A stretch of 63,216 bases of DNA, counting the filler, from Circinaria calcarea (lineage: Eukaryota), in the NCBI GenBank assembly GCA_051942165.1. It is 10 parts of 10 records of this genome, joined end to end, with 100 filler letters (N's around TTAATTAATTAA, not from the genome) between each part and the next. Parts side by side here need not be neighbours in the genome. Positions count along the whole stretch, not along the records: positions 38,022 to 44,247 come from JAVECS010001636.1; positions 44,348 to 50,571 come from JAVECS010001637.1; positions 50,672 to 56,894 come from JAVECS010001638.1; 7 more parts are not named here. One strand, 5' to 3'. The position numbers and the translations under genes are program-made. Positions within the stretch are counted from its first letter, which is position 1. Each line of letters opens with the position of its first letter. The notes under the pieces are model-generated. The model saw nothing but the letters and a program-made list of their open reading frames with translations, made no database searches and had not been told where the DNA came from. Shown here one piece after another: positions 38,022 to 50,687 of the stretch.

Positions 38022-38941
38022 TGCAATCTAACGCCCGCATCCTTCGTTGGTCTGACGGTTCGATGACGTTGCAACTGGCATCGAATCCACTAGAGCAATA
38101 TGAGCTTTCCGCAAAACCTCTTGCGCCACCCCAGAGAAACCCGCTGAAGCCAACGCCAACCAGCATGAAACCGACTCGAAGCTCTGACAAGCCAGCAGCC
38201 TACGATGCTAGCCTTGACTCACATACATATCTAGCGTCCTCGTATGCGAACGTTCCTTTTGTCCGACTCACAAACCATGTGACGGCATCGCTCTCTGTAC
38301 AGTCCAAGGTAACCGAGGATGACGACGCCTTGCTTCGTCTGCAGGAGTCTATGGCAGCCGAGATTAAAGGGAAGAAGACAAATGGCGGTCTTAACATTAT
38401 TTCTACGTCTGAAGACCCGGAGCTAGCCAAGAGGAAAGCGGAACTTGCAGAGCGTGAGAAGTTGAAAGCTCAGCGCCGTCGCCAGATCCAAGAAGAAAAG
38501 GAGCGAGATCGTGCCAATAAGGTACTTGGTAGATCAGGCCTTCGTACGGGTATGAGTAGCGGCTTGACTGTCGGCGGACTGGAAGATGATGATGGCATGA
38601 CCACTACAAAGGCTCGTGCTAACAAGCCGGCGAGGAAACCTAGGCGACGGAACAGTGAATACAGCGAAGATGAGGAAGACTACAGAAACCGTGGTCGTAC
38701 TAAGGAAGACGAATATGACGAAGATGACGGGTTCGTAATAGGAAGTGAAGAAGAGTTGGAAGTGGTTCAGGACGACAGCGAAGACGAGGAAATGGCCGAT
38801 GATCTCGATGATGGCGTCGAAGACAAACCGAAGAAGAAGAAGAACCCAAATAAGGCGAAGACAGGGAAGGATGGTGAAGATAATCCAGGTGGCTCTAGGG
38901 CGAAGAGAAGGCATGTGGTGGATGATGAAGATGAAGACTAA
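38022..38941 (+). CDS. LEO1: Paf1 complex subunit Leo1, 5' truncated
   Basis: QSNARILRWSDGSMTLQLASNP...EDPELAKRKAELAERE...EDEYDEDDGFV and an acidic tail. Confidence 0.92.
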
Positions 38942-39537
38942 ATCAATGGTGTCCGGAACGCCGGTTTCCCCTGAACAATGGGCCAGGCAGAAAGGAGTAG
39001 AAAGTGTTGGAGATCGTGTGTGAAAGGGAGAAACCTTTCGCGCGACTATTCAATCCCCCAGCTTTCTAGTAACAATCCAATAGGTCACACCATATAGCAA
39101 CTAAAGCACCTGAACAATCATGAGTTTACGGCATTATTTGACGACGTAAAGCCGCTCCTGCTTGCTTCAGATTTCTCCGTGCCAACCCCTATTTTGAGGG
39201 TGGTCGTCAATTTTCTTGCTTGATTTGATTTACAAATAACGATTTTTGACAGCCGATTTTCGTTTACCCCCTTTTTCACCACTATTACTCTAACATTCAT
39301 AAGGCTCTAACATTTCTAAGTGTGGTCACACATGACACCTATCAGATTCCACAGAAAAAGGGTGAAGCAAAAATCTTACATTCTATCAAATCTACCCAGG
39401 AAGGTATACTCAAGCTCCCCCGACCCCCGGTCCCAAAGCATGCAAAGAAAAGCGCAAAAAGGAATTACTCCGCCCCCGACCTACCCTCTTTATCCCCCGC
39501 GTCGCCTCCCGGCTCCCCGTCTGTTGGTTGCTTGTCT

Positions 39538-39762
39538 CTAGAACCACCGGTCCGATTCGTATCGGATGACGTTGGAGCCTTGGGTGACGCGGTGCCTCGC
39601 GGCTCGGAAGCGTGCTTGGCAATCGTAGCAGTACCCTCTGACCGTGCGGTTTTGGAGGTGGACTCGACAATTCCGTCCGCGTCTGTAGCGGTAGCAATGG
39701 CGCTCCCGGCCTTCCTCTCGGTGGTCGCCGTATCATTAAAAAAAGATTCTTTGGTTGCACAT
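39538..39762 (-). pseudogene. Disabled Cys/His microprotein gene (MC...CxxC type)
   Basis: MCNQRIFF**YGDHREEGRERHCYRYRRGRNCRVHLQNRTVRGYCYDCQARF...WF*, downstream of a TATAAAAG box at 39935-39928 and a C/A-rich leader. Confidence 0.45.
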
Positions 39763-39927
39763 GGTGCGATGTGCGGGTTGGTGCTGAGTTTCTGTGATGT
39801 GTCTGCTTGGGGTTCTTCTTCCGGTTGTTCTTGTAAGCTTGCCTGGTGGGGGAGACTTGGTTGAGATGTGTTTGGTTGGAGATTTGAGTTGCTGGTCGAG
39901 AGCAGAGGAGAGCCAGGTACTTGAGAA

Positions 39928-40075
39928 CTTTTATACCAGAGTCCGGTGGCTTTGTTCGAGTACAATGCCATTGTTCTGCTAAAAGGGAAAGGGAGCGCTT
40001 TGTTAGATACAATACCGTTGTATGGAAACAAAGAGGAGAGAGCTCGGAAGTCTTTCGTTGACGACAATGCCATTT
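39928..40075 (-). promoter_or_regulatory. TATA box plus three ~50-bp-spaced repeats containing HMG-box-like CTTTGTT/ACAAT motifs
   Basis: CTTTGTT at 39950 and 39998, CTTTCGTT at 40052, AACAAAG at 40027, and ACAAT at 39962, 40009 and 40064. Confidence 0.45.
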
Positions 40076-43041
40076 GTGTCAGGACAGAGGGAAAGAGTTG
40101 CGAAATTCTTCGTAACGGCCGTACAAAGACAGACAAGGGAAAAAAGAACGAAGGGCAGCGTATGGTGAGAGACAGCAGAGCAGATACCTTGCAACGATAT
40201 TGAACAGTCAGGAAAAGGGTTACCATCTGACATCGTAATCCAAGGCCCTCAGGTACTGAACCTGCCAACGGAGTGATCCTTATCCACGTCTAGATAGAAG
40301 TGATGGCCATAGCCAATTCCAATCAGTGCGGACCCTTTAGCCTTTTTGGTGGCTGCCAGCCCAACTGAGCCACCAAAAAACTAACACAAATCAGACGAGC
40401 CTCTAGAGCAATCAAGTGGTACTCCGGCACGGAGGCTTTTTCACTGGCGACTAGGTTTGAACCCTTTCGCGCTCGACAGAGACCCTTCTTCGGAAGAAGT
40501 TAAGAAAAAGGGGATGAGTCTCCATAGCAGTTCGGTGGTACCATCCAGAAGGGTTCTTCGCTACTATCAGGCTCGAAAAGCCGTTCGCCCCCGACGGAGG
40601 CTCATCACTGTTGCATGATAAAGAAACAAGGACAAACCAACGCACCAGGCCTAGATCGGTCTCCCGCTAACATGATGACCACCAGCCATATCCATACGCC
40701 TTCCGCTTTTGGAGATTCAGTGAGAGAGAGAGCGCGCTGCCATTGCGCCCTATATTGGTTCGGTTGGCGTTTAGGCAGCTATACCTTTAGCTGCTATAAT
40801 CGCTTCTAACTCTAGAGAATTTTGCATAGCTTCTAGCCGCAGCAGCGACCACGTCTTTTCTGACTACCATAAAATCTGCAGTGGCTCAGGCTTGACACTT
40901 TATCCTACATCAGTTAGCTCCACGGATCTTTCTGTATGGTCCTGCTTTCCCAAGTTCAATCTGCTTGGAGTCAGTACAGGTCAAGCACCACTGTAAGCGT
41001 TAGATCAAGCAAGATGCCTGGCATGCCCGTACCTTGTAAGTCTTGCCTTCCCGTTACTGTTACCGCGTTCATCCATGCCTCATCCATATTTATTTTCCTC
41101 TATCAATGCCCAATCTGATCATCATCCAAAACACGCAGCTTCATCAGACTCCAGTTTCTCTTGCTGACATTACATAGCCGTCAAGCCGGAAGTGGCTGCT
41201 AGCACATAAGTTGAGGCTCGATATGAATGCTTCATGTCACCTGTTCAAGAAGTTATTATGATCCAACAGCCGGGTAAGCATTCATGCTTATGAAACAATA
41301 TTTTGAATGCTTTTGCTCGGGTCGGGTTCTGTTCTCTTCAACGTTTGTCACTGATGCTGTGGTTATACTATTCACATACTTTCCCCGAAGTGAAGGCAAA
41401 CTTTATCAGCTGTAATCCTCCCACCTATATTCTCTCGCTTGAACATATATATGATACTAGTGCATTACCTTTATTGTTTCTTCCACCCTTCTTTAATCAA
41501 AGGGTGTATATTTAGCGCATTTTATTTCCAGCAACGAGATATTCTCACTGATATATATGCGCATCGTAGATACTATGGTGCTTTCGTGTCTCAATCGACG
41601 ATACTGACAGCGAGAGCGAGACTTTTCAATCGAGCAAATTCGCATGAAACGGGAACAGTTTGTCAAACGCCATCGATTAACGAGGATATGTCTCAATCGG
41701 CCAGAGGCTGCTTCAACGATTCCAATTACCTGTTCAAGACCATGCTTGAGCAAATTAATCGAGTGGATGATCTGCCTTCATGTGTCAGCTTGGTTGGACC
41801 TTGGCTGGATGGTGTCCATCAACAAAGATCTCCTATTTTTGTGGGTCTCGCCTACGAGTAAGATATCTCCAATGAGATGTGCTTAAAGTCAACATGGACA
41901 TCTTAAGCTCCTCAGGCGGCGAGAGCTCAGACACGTTATTGGATGACGGAACAGTTGATAGTACATCTCACACTCTAGCTGTACCGCGCATCCCACCATC
42001 TCAAACAAGAATCTCGCTGTCGTTGAGATCGGCCACCCTGAAGACCCTAGTGGATGAAGAAAACACCACATTTACATCCACTTGTGTACTCAACGCCTCA
42101 ACGGAATGCGATTTCCTCGGCTGTACCGGTTGCAGAAAGAAACACTCGCAAGACCGCCGGCTTCAAATCAATTCCAGCCTAGAAGAGTAGAAAAACCACG
42201 GAGAGTTGTAGGCTTACAGATATCCCGGTACAAAGCTGCCGTGGTCGATGAATATAAAGAAAGTTTGACGTCAGGCAGCAGTCTCTGTACAATTCGGGAA
42301 CCTCGTCGTAAGTTCAGCCGCGTGTGGTGCTCAGTTTCAGCTCCATTCATATTTAAACTTCTTGAAGCAGATTTTCCATTCTTCTCCCGAATGCCCTGCG
42401 AAAGCAGGTAGTCATTTAGAAATGGGACAATGAGAGGTAACAAAGCGAGAAACCGAGCACATTGCTGTTGACCAAACCGTCTGTGTTGATAGTCTTGCTC
42501 AATGCACTTACAACGTTGGTTTGCGCTTCTCGTAATGAGTTTGTGATTGTCTCCCCTTAATTGCACAAGAGGTCCCTCCATCCATCCCCTTCCGGCACCC
42601 GACGTGCCGACTTCGAATGTATGTTGGAATAAAGTTTCTCGAACTGCCCCGAGTTGCGGGGAAGTAGGTTGAGTTAGGCTACTCCTCGAGGTGCGCTAGA
42701 GACTTTTAGATTAAGCCCTACCACAACCGCATGCTTTCCATTAGCTGATATACCTTGTGATTCCTGTTGGAGCGATCCTTAAAGTCTTGCTCAAGCAGCA
42801 CCAACCTTTGCGATCCTTGGATACAAGGTTGGGATTGGTCAACCTAGGCTAGCACGGACCAGAAGAGTGAGCAAGACCTTAGGGGATAGCGACCTTTGGT
42901 GATCCGTTACCATGACTATATCTCAGCTCGGATTTATACGTGTGTTCGCGGTGTATCAGATCTGACCTTATTAGTATACACAGCGTCACTTCAGTGGTGA
43001 TGAATGATCTCGTGATGCGATAATGACTACGTGAAAATACC

Positions 43042-44247
43042 CTAAGCCTGGCCCACACTCGCCGCTCTCCTCCTCTTCTGCAGTGAACCTCTTGATCCAA
43101 CCCTCTTGATCTCACGGAAATCTCCATCTAGAGGCTTCCTCCGCCGTACCAGCTGGTATCCGCGGTCCAACTCAACTTCCACCGCACATCTCACCTTCAA
43201 GGCCCCAATGGCAGGCCATACGCTCCTTTCCCCACGTAGTATCCAGTAATCCAATGACTCCTTGGTCGGGATTTCAAGTAGCTTTAAGAAATCGCTTGGG
43301 CTCAAGTCTGGGACGAGCGTCAAGCCCGCTCCAGGTATGGTTTCATCGATGAGCAATCGACGTGCAGTAGCTGGTAACAGCCCAAAGGAATCCAGCTGAT
43401 TGAGACGATGGTGTATCTCCAGTGTAACGAGTCGTAGTAGAGGTGTAACAAGTCCTTTGGGACCAGCTTGACTAGGATTGGGATGATGAAGGTCTGAGCG
43501 GAGAAAAGGGGCGATGTACGGCCGAGCTTGGGAGACGACGAAGTGATTGACGTTGAAGAGTTCGGCGATGCGCAATAGAGGGGAGTCGCGGTCTTTGTAG
43601 CTTGCTTGCCTCCAGGAGCGGAATGTGATCTCTTGGGCGGAGGCCCAGGGAACAATGGCCCCGGTTTCGTCCTTGCATTTAAGGATTACAGGCGAGTAAA
43701 AAGTGGTTGATGAAGCATTCGAAGCCAGCGCAGCAGACCATATGAGCTACACATCTGTTAGGGTTAAAGAAGGTATAGATGTACGAAAGGTGTAAAAGGC
43801 ATGAAAAATGTTAAATTATAGAAGGTTTTTACACCACAAAAAGGTGTTAAAAGTATAAAAGGCGTTAAACGTATAAAAGCAGTCTGGACTTACTACATTG
43901 GGTGCTGTGAGGTAGTTGAGCAGATTCGGCACACCGCCACGTCCAGAAGTGGCAACGGTGATGTTCAAGACTCTCTTGGTCCTCGCGTACGCCTCTTCAA
44001 ACGTCAAGTCTCCAACATTGGCTCTCACACAATCCTCAAGAACATTGACATCCAGAAAGTAGCCTTCCTTGAGATACCTTTTGGTCCGGCGAGCCAACGT
44101 CTCTAAAAAGCTGCTTTGACTGTAAGGTAGTAGAGCCTCGCCTTCCTCTGAAGTCTTCACGTTTGCCCTATGCCGAGAGAATGCGCTAAGGTCAATACCG
44201 TCGCCATTGAGGAAGTCTAGAAGCTCATCCTCCGTGTGGATCCCCAC
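43042..44247 (-). CDS. Patatin-like triacylglycerol lipase (Tgl3/4/5 family), 5' truncated
   Basis: VGDLTFEEAYARTKRVLNITV...PNLLNYLTAPNV|LIWSAALASNA...RIAELFNVNHFVVSQARPYIAPF...GERSVWP. Intron 43893-43747. Confidence 0.92.
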
Positions 44248-44347
44248 NNNNNNNNNNNNNNNNNNNNNNNNNNNNNNNNNNNNNNNNNNNNTTAATTAAT
44301 TAANNNNNNNNNNNNNNNNNNNNNNNNNNNNNNNNNNNNNNNNNNNN
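44248..44347. other. Artificial contig linker
   Basis: N44-TTAATTAATTAA-N44. Confidence 0.99.
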
Positions 44348-45053
44348 GGGTGCAGGATGGATGGGTAAGTAATCTCTCTCTTCTGCCTTTTCCCTTCCTC
44401 TGTCCCCCCCAGAGGGAGGCCGGATTTGGGATTTGTCCACCCCGGAAAAAAGAGAAAAGAGGAAAAAAGCATAAGAGTCCTAGGGGAAAAAAGGTTGAAA
44501 AGGAAAATCTATTATTTCTTATTCCTGAACTCTTAACGCCTTCACCCTTGATCCCCGAACCCGAACCTCTAGCCCCCTAATGCCCACAATTCCCCAAACT
44601 TCCCAAAATCCACACTCTTCACTCTCAATCTTACAAATACCCTCCTTCCTTCAAAATACCTCATTTACTCTTTCTGTTTCTTATCCAAGGTTTTCCACCT
44701 TGAGGCTTACGGACACCCGCAGTCCGTCACCTTGCTGTACGGGGTATTTTAACTTTTCCCCTTCCTACGTGAGTTTTGATTTTGGCTTCCTCGTTTGAGT
44801 GAGGGGAAAGAAGGGGGAGGAGGGAGGCGGGAGAAGATGGGGGATTTGGAAGGTACAGCGATGCCGTGTAATTAATAGAGTGGCAGTGACAGATATCTTT
44901 CACTACAACGTCTCATTAAAAACAATTAATTACAAGTATAAACCCAGTCCTTACCTACGCCTCCCCTTCCTCCTTCTAACCCCCCTTAACGCCCCTTGCT
45001 CCTGCACCTGCCCTTCCTCTCCCTTCCTCCCAACTTCTTTCCACCCCAAAAAC

Positions 45054-45945
45054 TCAGCTCCCCCCCGTAGCCTTCAAATGCCACTCCATCACCTCCCGAA
45101 ACACCCCCTTCCCATCCCGCTCAATCACATCCCCATGACACGGCACTATGCGGTCAAAGTCCCAACTGTCGATCCTCTTCATACTCGCGTTAAACCCCAC
45201 CCGATCCCGCGCGCTGGCCACATACCACAGGAACCTCTTTTGCGCCACACTGCTCGGCTGCGCGCTGAACAGCCTCGTGAAGAGTCTCGTCAGGAGCCCC
45301 GACGTCGCACTCTCGGGCGAGCGCGAATACTGCTCCGTCGCCGGGAGGTTGAACAGCAGATCCGCCTGGATGAGGGTCCGATCCGGCCGGTGGCAAAACA
45401 CGAGCTCCTTGTTCCCATGGCTACCCACGTACTCGACGTCAAACTCGTCGTTGAACTCGTCGTCCTCGACGCGCATCTCGCGCTTGTTCTTCATCGTCCA
45501 CACGTAGGCGAACTTGGTGCCGGCGGGCTCGTGCGATTTCGCCCGCTTCTCGGGTAGACCTTCGACGCCGAGGAGTTTGGCGCTGGGAAAGGCGCGCGCC
45601 CATTCGGTGAGGAAGATGTGGTGCTCGTAGTCGAGCGCGGTCAAGTAGGCGACGTTGCCGCCGAGGGAGTCGACCGTCGAGCGGACTTCGGGCGTAAGGG
45701 CGGTGGGAGAGAAGACTGCGAGGCGGCCGGATTGGAGACGGACTGTGGGGGGGGGGAAGGAAATTTTATTAGCTTGGGAGTCTTGTCGGTTGAGGGAAGG
45801 GGAGAACGATACCAATGGTACCCCGTCCACCGACTTTGAAGCGGCCGAAACGGGCAAAGGGTGCGGAGCAAGTGATGATGTTGGGCGTGACTTTGCGGAT
45901 GACCATTACGGACGAGGGGTCCTGGGGGATGAGCTTGGAGGTCAT
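45054..45945 (-). CDS. DUF4336 / metallo-beta-lactamase-like protein (2 exons, intron 45812-45743)
   Basis: MTSKLIPQDPSSVMVIRKVTPNIITCSAPFARFGRFKVGGRGTI|VRLQSGRLAVFSPTALT...ALDYEHHIFL...RTLIQADLLFNLP...WDFDRIVPCHGDVIE. Confidence 0.88.
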
Positions 45946-46899
45946 GGTTGGAGTTTGTTGGTTGTGATGGTTCCGTAGAGATTATATTGCGTATAAAAGC
46001 GTTAGGTTTATTAAAGTACGTAGTATTTAAATTTGGACTCGAGGAAAAGAAAGGTCCGCTACGATTACAGAGCAGAGTATGTACATGATGACAGCGGGAT
46101 GTCACGGTCTCAGAGCCGTGTTCCGGCCTTAACTCCGTAAGCAGCCTCTCACTCGTGTTCTATCTGCCTCGGCATTATCCTATCACGAACTTTATCTCAC
46201 ATCTTGCACATGCCTACCGAGTATGCTTCCCAAGCTATTGAGCCAATGAGCCGGAATCAGATTCGCTTTCGCATCAGTCATCTAGAAAAAAGCCGACTAT
46301 TTCCTAAACGTATGACTCGTGTTGGTTTACCAAGAAAACATGAGATCGCTGTAGACATGGTAATGTTTTGGAATCGTGTGGGGCAATAAAAGATGAATCT
46401 TGCAAGTTCGATTGAATAGAAGCCCCACTCGATTGGTCATGTTCTCCACCAATCTTAAACAACCCCTTCCTTCAAGATCCCGCCCTACAGTATCACATCC
46501 CACCTTGGCTTGCAAGCAGTCACTTAGGATAGGAGACCCCTTTCCAATCGGCGGAATTGTTCTCGGCCTCAACATGAACCCGTGCTTTCCTTGCTGAGCT
46601 TCAGCCTCTTGACATTTGAGTGTTGACGTGATAGCCCACCAAGGACAGCTTCTTTCCTTAGTCGGGCCGCAGTAGGCGTGAAGTGCTATTGCGATCCCGC
46701 ATCCGTCATGAACATCGGTTTAGCCTGACCAGAACGAGTGGTTTTGTCTAAAGATTGTAAGCCATTTCCTTTAGGAATCATACCTTAGCGGTAAGCAGTG
46801 ATTTGACATAAGCGGATATTTACCCGGAAGCAGGTTGGAGATGAGGATAGCTTGGGAAGTACTGACGGTGTAAGAAATGGAATTAGGGGGACGAAAGGA

Positions 46900-47028
46900 T
46901 TACTGACAGTTGGAAAAAGTAGAAGGGCGCTGCTTCGTGGGACGGGCAGCACACTCATCACACTTTCCTTCAGGGATGTTTGTACGTTGGCGGCAGCCAT
47001 AACGCTCGTAGTTGACACAGGAATACAT
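46900..47028 (-). CDS. 42-aa four-cysteine microprotein (putative zinc ribbon)
   Basis: MYSCVNYERYGCRQRTNIPEGKCDECAARPTKQRPSTFSNCQ*, with a TATA-like TTAAATA ~150 bp upstream. Confidence 0.5.
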   Translation of the reverse strand: MYSCVNYERYGCRQRTNIPEGKCDECAARPTKQRPSTFSNCQ

Positions 47029-48028
47029 CAGATCTTTTCGACTGAACCCTGCAGTACAGATATTATAGCCGAGCTTATATTGGAGAAAGCAACAAGGCTG
47101 GTAAGAAGCTGTGTTAGATGGAAAGGATACACAGTTCAGTCGAGTGTGATAGCAAGGAAGAGGTGGGATATATGTCAGGTATTTAAGAAAATCCATGGGG
47201 AAGCGAGAAGAACCATGCTGTGAATAGCTTCAGCGAGCCGCTTTGTTGAGCACCAATCACCCCTAGCCAGCGCATCTGGGAGCGTCAGTGCTATCTCGAC
47301 ATGGCGCATTACCGGGAGCATGATCCCATGAAGCGTTCCTTCGTTATGCATGCGAGTTATGTTCAGCGCCACTGCAAGTATGTGCTGGAGCTTCAAGCCT
47401 GAACTCAGTTTACTTTAACAAGCTGATCTCAAAAAGCTATAGGATCGATACATGAGACGTCTCCAAGGAACCCTCGAGATCTTCACCCATCAGCGTTTCT
47501 GCCTGGCCAAAGGCTTTAGCTCATGTTGTGGTATCTTATTTTGGCAATCAGTCGAAACCTATCGTCAGCGCGCAAACCGCTGCGGGTCGCGTCCGTGTTT
47601 TCGGTATCCCAATCCACGATCGAGAAAGTACGCCAAATAGATAGGACTTGACCTAGGGAATGTTTAACCCGCCGAATACAAAGCTGCCTTCCAGATCGAC
47701 CCTATGGGCTCGCGGGAGGTGTTGATGGTTTGTGGGTCCCTTTGCTAGCGGCCGTGATCGATTGACTCTGGGTCCCTCTCAGGTTATCGCTGTGGTAGTA
47801 TGACGGTAACTTACCCATCCTATTCTGCAACAGTCATTTACCCTGGCCTTGGAAACAACGATCCACGACATGACATGTATGCATACTCAAGGAGAGATCG
47901 AACAGTTAAGCATTGCTCCATGGCCATGGCCATTGGGGATGCGCTTATTCCGGCGCAGGATTCGCGGAGATTGGGCCTCCTATTTATCATCTTGCACAAC
48001 AAAATACCAGAAGATTTCAATTCGCTCT

Positions 48029-49101
48029 TCACCCTCTCTTCAAGCGTTTGCTTTGACGTGTTACTGGTTTCGTCAATTCCACAAGAGATGCGCCTGTGCT
48101 TTGAATAAAGAGAGGCTTGGTCTGAACGGAAACGCTATCAGGCTCGGGCGTTGGCTCATCTTCCTGGGATTTCCTTTTACGGCCCGGCACCTTCGCTTGG
48201 TGAAGAATATTTGCTGCAAACTCCCGAAGTTTGATTGTACCGGATAAATGGTTAGCGCCTCTCCCTTGACCATCATGGTCTGTTGGCCCGTTTCCTTCAT
48301 TGGTCCCAAGCTTTCGGGTTAAGGCCGAGTAACTCCTTACATTACCAGTCGCGTCTGGACATTCATTCCGCGTAGGAGAATTGCCCGATGTATCGGAACC
48401 AGTCAGAGACTGCTTAGCTCTCGTCGGGAGGGGCTCGCATGTTGAGCATGCAGTGGGACTGCCCTGTTTGGGCCGTCCAAGTCGCTGGCATTGGTGCTCG
48501 ATAGCTGCTGTGACGGTGTCAGGGTTTTGACCGGCTACCTGAGTTAGAGTGCGTGATCGGCTGTTCCATGAAGCCACCCTAAAACGCTGCCTCCAGTCCT
48601 TTAGCAGGGCAACTCTTTCTGATTCATAATCCCCAACCACGCGACTTTCAGGCCTAGAAAGTTCCTCCTTCCACTTGACGATTGGGGCGGGTGGCTGTGG
48701 AGGATTGTTCGTTTGCACAAGCTTCCTGCGCTTTCTCACTTGACGCCCCTCGCTTACGCTGTTCCTCCTCTTTCTGCCAATAGCCTTGATTTTACCCGAG
48801 TTCCCAGGTGTTTGTCGGTCCCTCGTCGGGCTTTCTTGATCATAGTAATCATCCGAGTAGTATTCCCAATCACTCCAACCCTCTGCCATTTCGTAGGACG
48901 GATCGTTATCTTGCCAGACGGGTGAGTGCATTGTATGTTCCACCAGGTCATCCTATGGAACCCCTTTAGCAAGACCGTCGTTGGTTCCGAGCAGGCCTAG
49001 GAGATGAGTTTTCGATAACATACCGCTTCAGTGACCGGACCCTCATCCACGTAGTAGTAGTCATCATCATCATCATAATAATCATCCTCATCATCTGACA
49101 T
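48029..49101 (-). CDS. Hypothetical protein with an acidic D/Y-rich N-terminus and NLS-like basic stretches (2 exons, intron 49023-48953)
   Basis: MSDDEDDYYDDDDDYYYVDEGPVTEA|DDLVEHTMHSPVW...WSDWEYYSDDYYD...KRRK...VALLKDWRQRF. Confidence 0.78.
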
Positions 49102-49562
49102 CTTGTAGAATAACTAGACAACGGCGAAGAAGGTGGTCGGAGGCTTGTACCGCGCACCTCGATGCCTGACGAGGTCAAGAGAAGACGATGATTGCGGATC
49201 CGTGCGGTCCCTCGAGTCTGTTGGGGGGGTACAAGATTATTGAACGCGAGGCGATTGACACGGTTTCATGAAGGTGCTAGCTAGCGTCTATTAGGGTTTA
49301 TGTTGGCTAATCTTGCCAAAGAACAAACCATTCTATCAACGTCTCACAAGATGCTCAGACCCTGAGAAGGCGTCGTGTACTTCGAACAGATGGTGGGGAT
49401 CCGAAGTACATGGAAACGCGGTTCCCATAACAGACCGACTGATACCCCGGACTTCGGCATCTGCAAACCCCGACCGCGTCTGTTGTCGGATCAGTCAGCG
49501 CTCTTCTTCAACTTTGGGAAATGAGGAGATAATCAGTCCATTAATCAGGTAGGGAACACAAC

Positions 49563-50571
49563 ATGTATAATATCAACAGCTTCTGTGGGCCCCGTCTCCT
49601 AAGGCATCATGCTTCACCTTTCCTAGCAAGACATGGTTATAGTTCTACAGCAACAGGTCGGGCTACTAAGACACCCTTGAAATCTATACTCATCGCCAAC
49701 CGCGGTGAAATAGCACTGTCAGCTGTACTCTTACCTGACTGAAGCATTGGTTTGACACGCATTAGGCGAGTTGGCAGGACTGCGTCTGAACACGGCGTGA
49801 GAACGACGACTATCTACACGCATCCAGATGCCAAATCCCAGCATGCTCTGAGCTCCCCATTTGCCATCAATCTCGGAGATTCAACTGCGTACCTTGATGG
49901 CGAAAGGATCATCGAGGTTGCCAAGCAGCATGGCTGTGACGGCATTCATCCGGGATATGGCTTCGTGAGACGGGACGTCAAAGGAGTTTTCACACATACA
50001 CTGATTCAGAGTAGTTAAGCGAGAACTCCGCGTTTGCTCGGAAATGCACCGATGCAGGTCTCGTGTTCATCGGCCCGCCATGGCAAGCAATGGAGGCAAT
50101 GGGGAACAAGAGGTATGCATTGAAAAGAATACGGCCCGCTCGCCACTAACTTCGTGGAGCCGTTCCAAGGACATCATGCTACAAGCTGGCGTACCATGTA
50201 TACCTGGGTATCATGGCAGCAATCAGGATCCAGCATTTCTCCAGGCAGAAGCTCTCAAGATCGGGTTCCCTGTGCTTCTGAAGGCGGTCAAGGGAGGGGG
50301 AGGCAAGGGAATGCGTATAGCATCATCTCCAGAGGTCTTTCTCGACCAGCTAAACTCTGCGAAATCCGAAGCACGAAGCTCTTTTGGTGACGATGTGATG
50401 CTAGTGGAGAAGTATATCACCACGCCTCGACATGTCGAAGTGCAAGTTTTCGCAGACAAATACGGAAACTGCGTTGCTCTAGGGGAACGAGACTGCAGTA
50501 TTCAAAGACGGCATCAGAAGATTTTGGAAGAGTCACCTGCCCCGCATTTGGATGAAGCTTTGCGTCAAGAC
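49563..50571 (+). CDS. mccA: 3-methylcrotonyl-CoA carboxylase alpha (biotin carboxylase) subunit, 3' truncated
   Basis: Mitochondrial-type leader, [66 protein letters not shown]. Confidence 0.9.
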
Positions 50572-50671
50572 NNNNNNNNNNNNNNNNNNNNNNNNNNNNN
50601 NNNNNNNNNNNNNNNTTAATTAATTAANNNNNNNNNNNNNNNNNNNNNNNNNNNNNNNNNNNNNNNNNNNN
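50572..50671. other. Artificial contig linker
   Basis: N44-TTAATTAATTAA-N44. Confidence 0.99.
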
Positions 50672-50687
50672 TTGGACCCGGTCTTTT

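Noticed and set aside
39322..40268. ORFs of 180-267 aa in three overlapping frames
   Set aside because: They use non-ATG starts, have low-complexity translations and run through a TATA box and motif array. Kept only as an alternative to the microprotein model.
41439..42660. Chain of short ORFs suggesting a pseudogene
   Set aside because: Multiple stops and frame changes with no recognisable motif, so no call can be supported.
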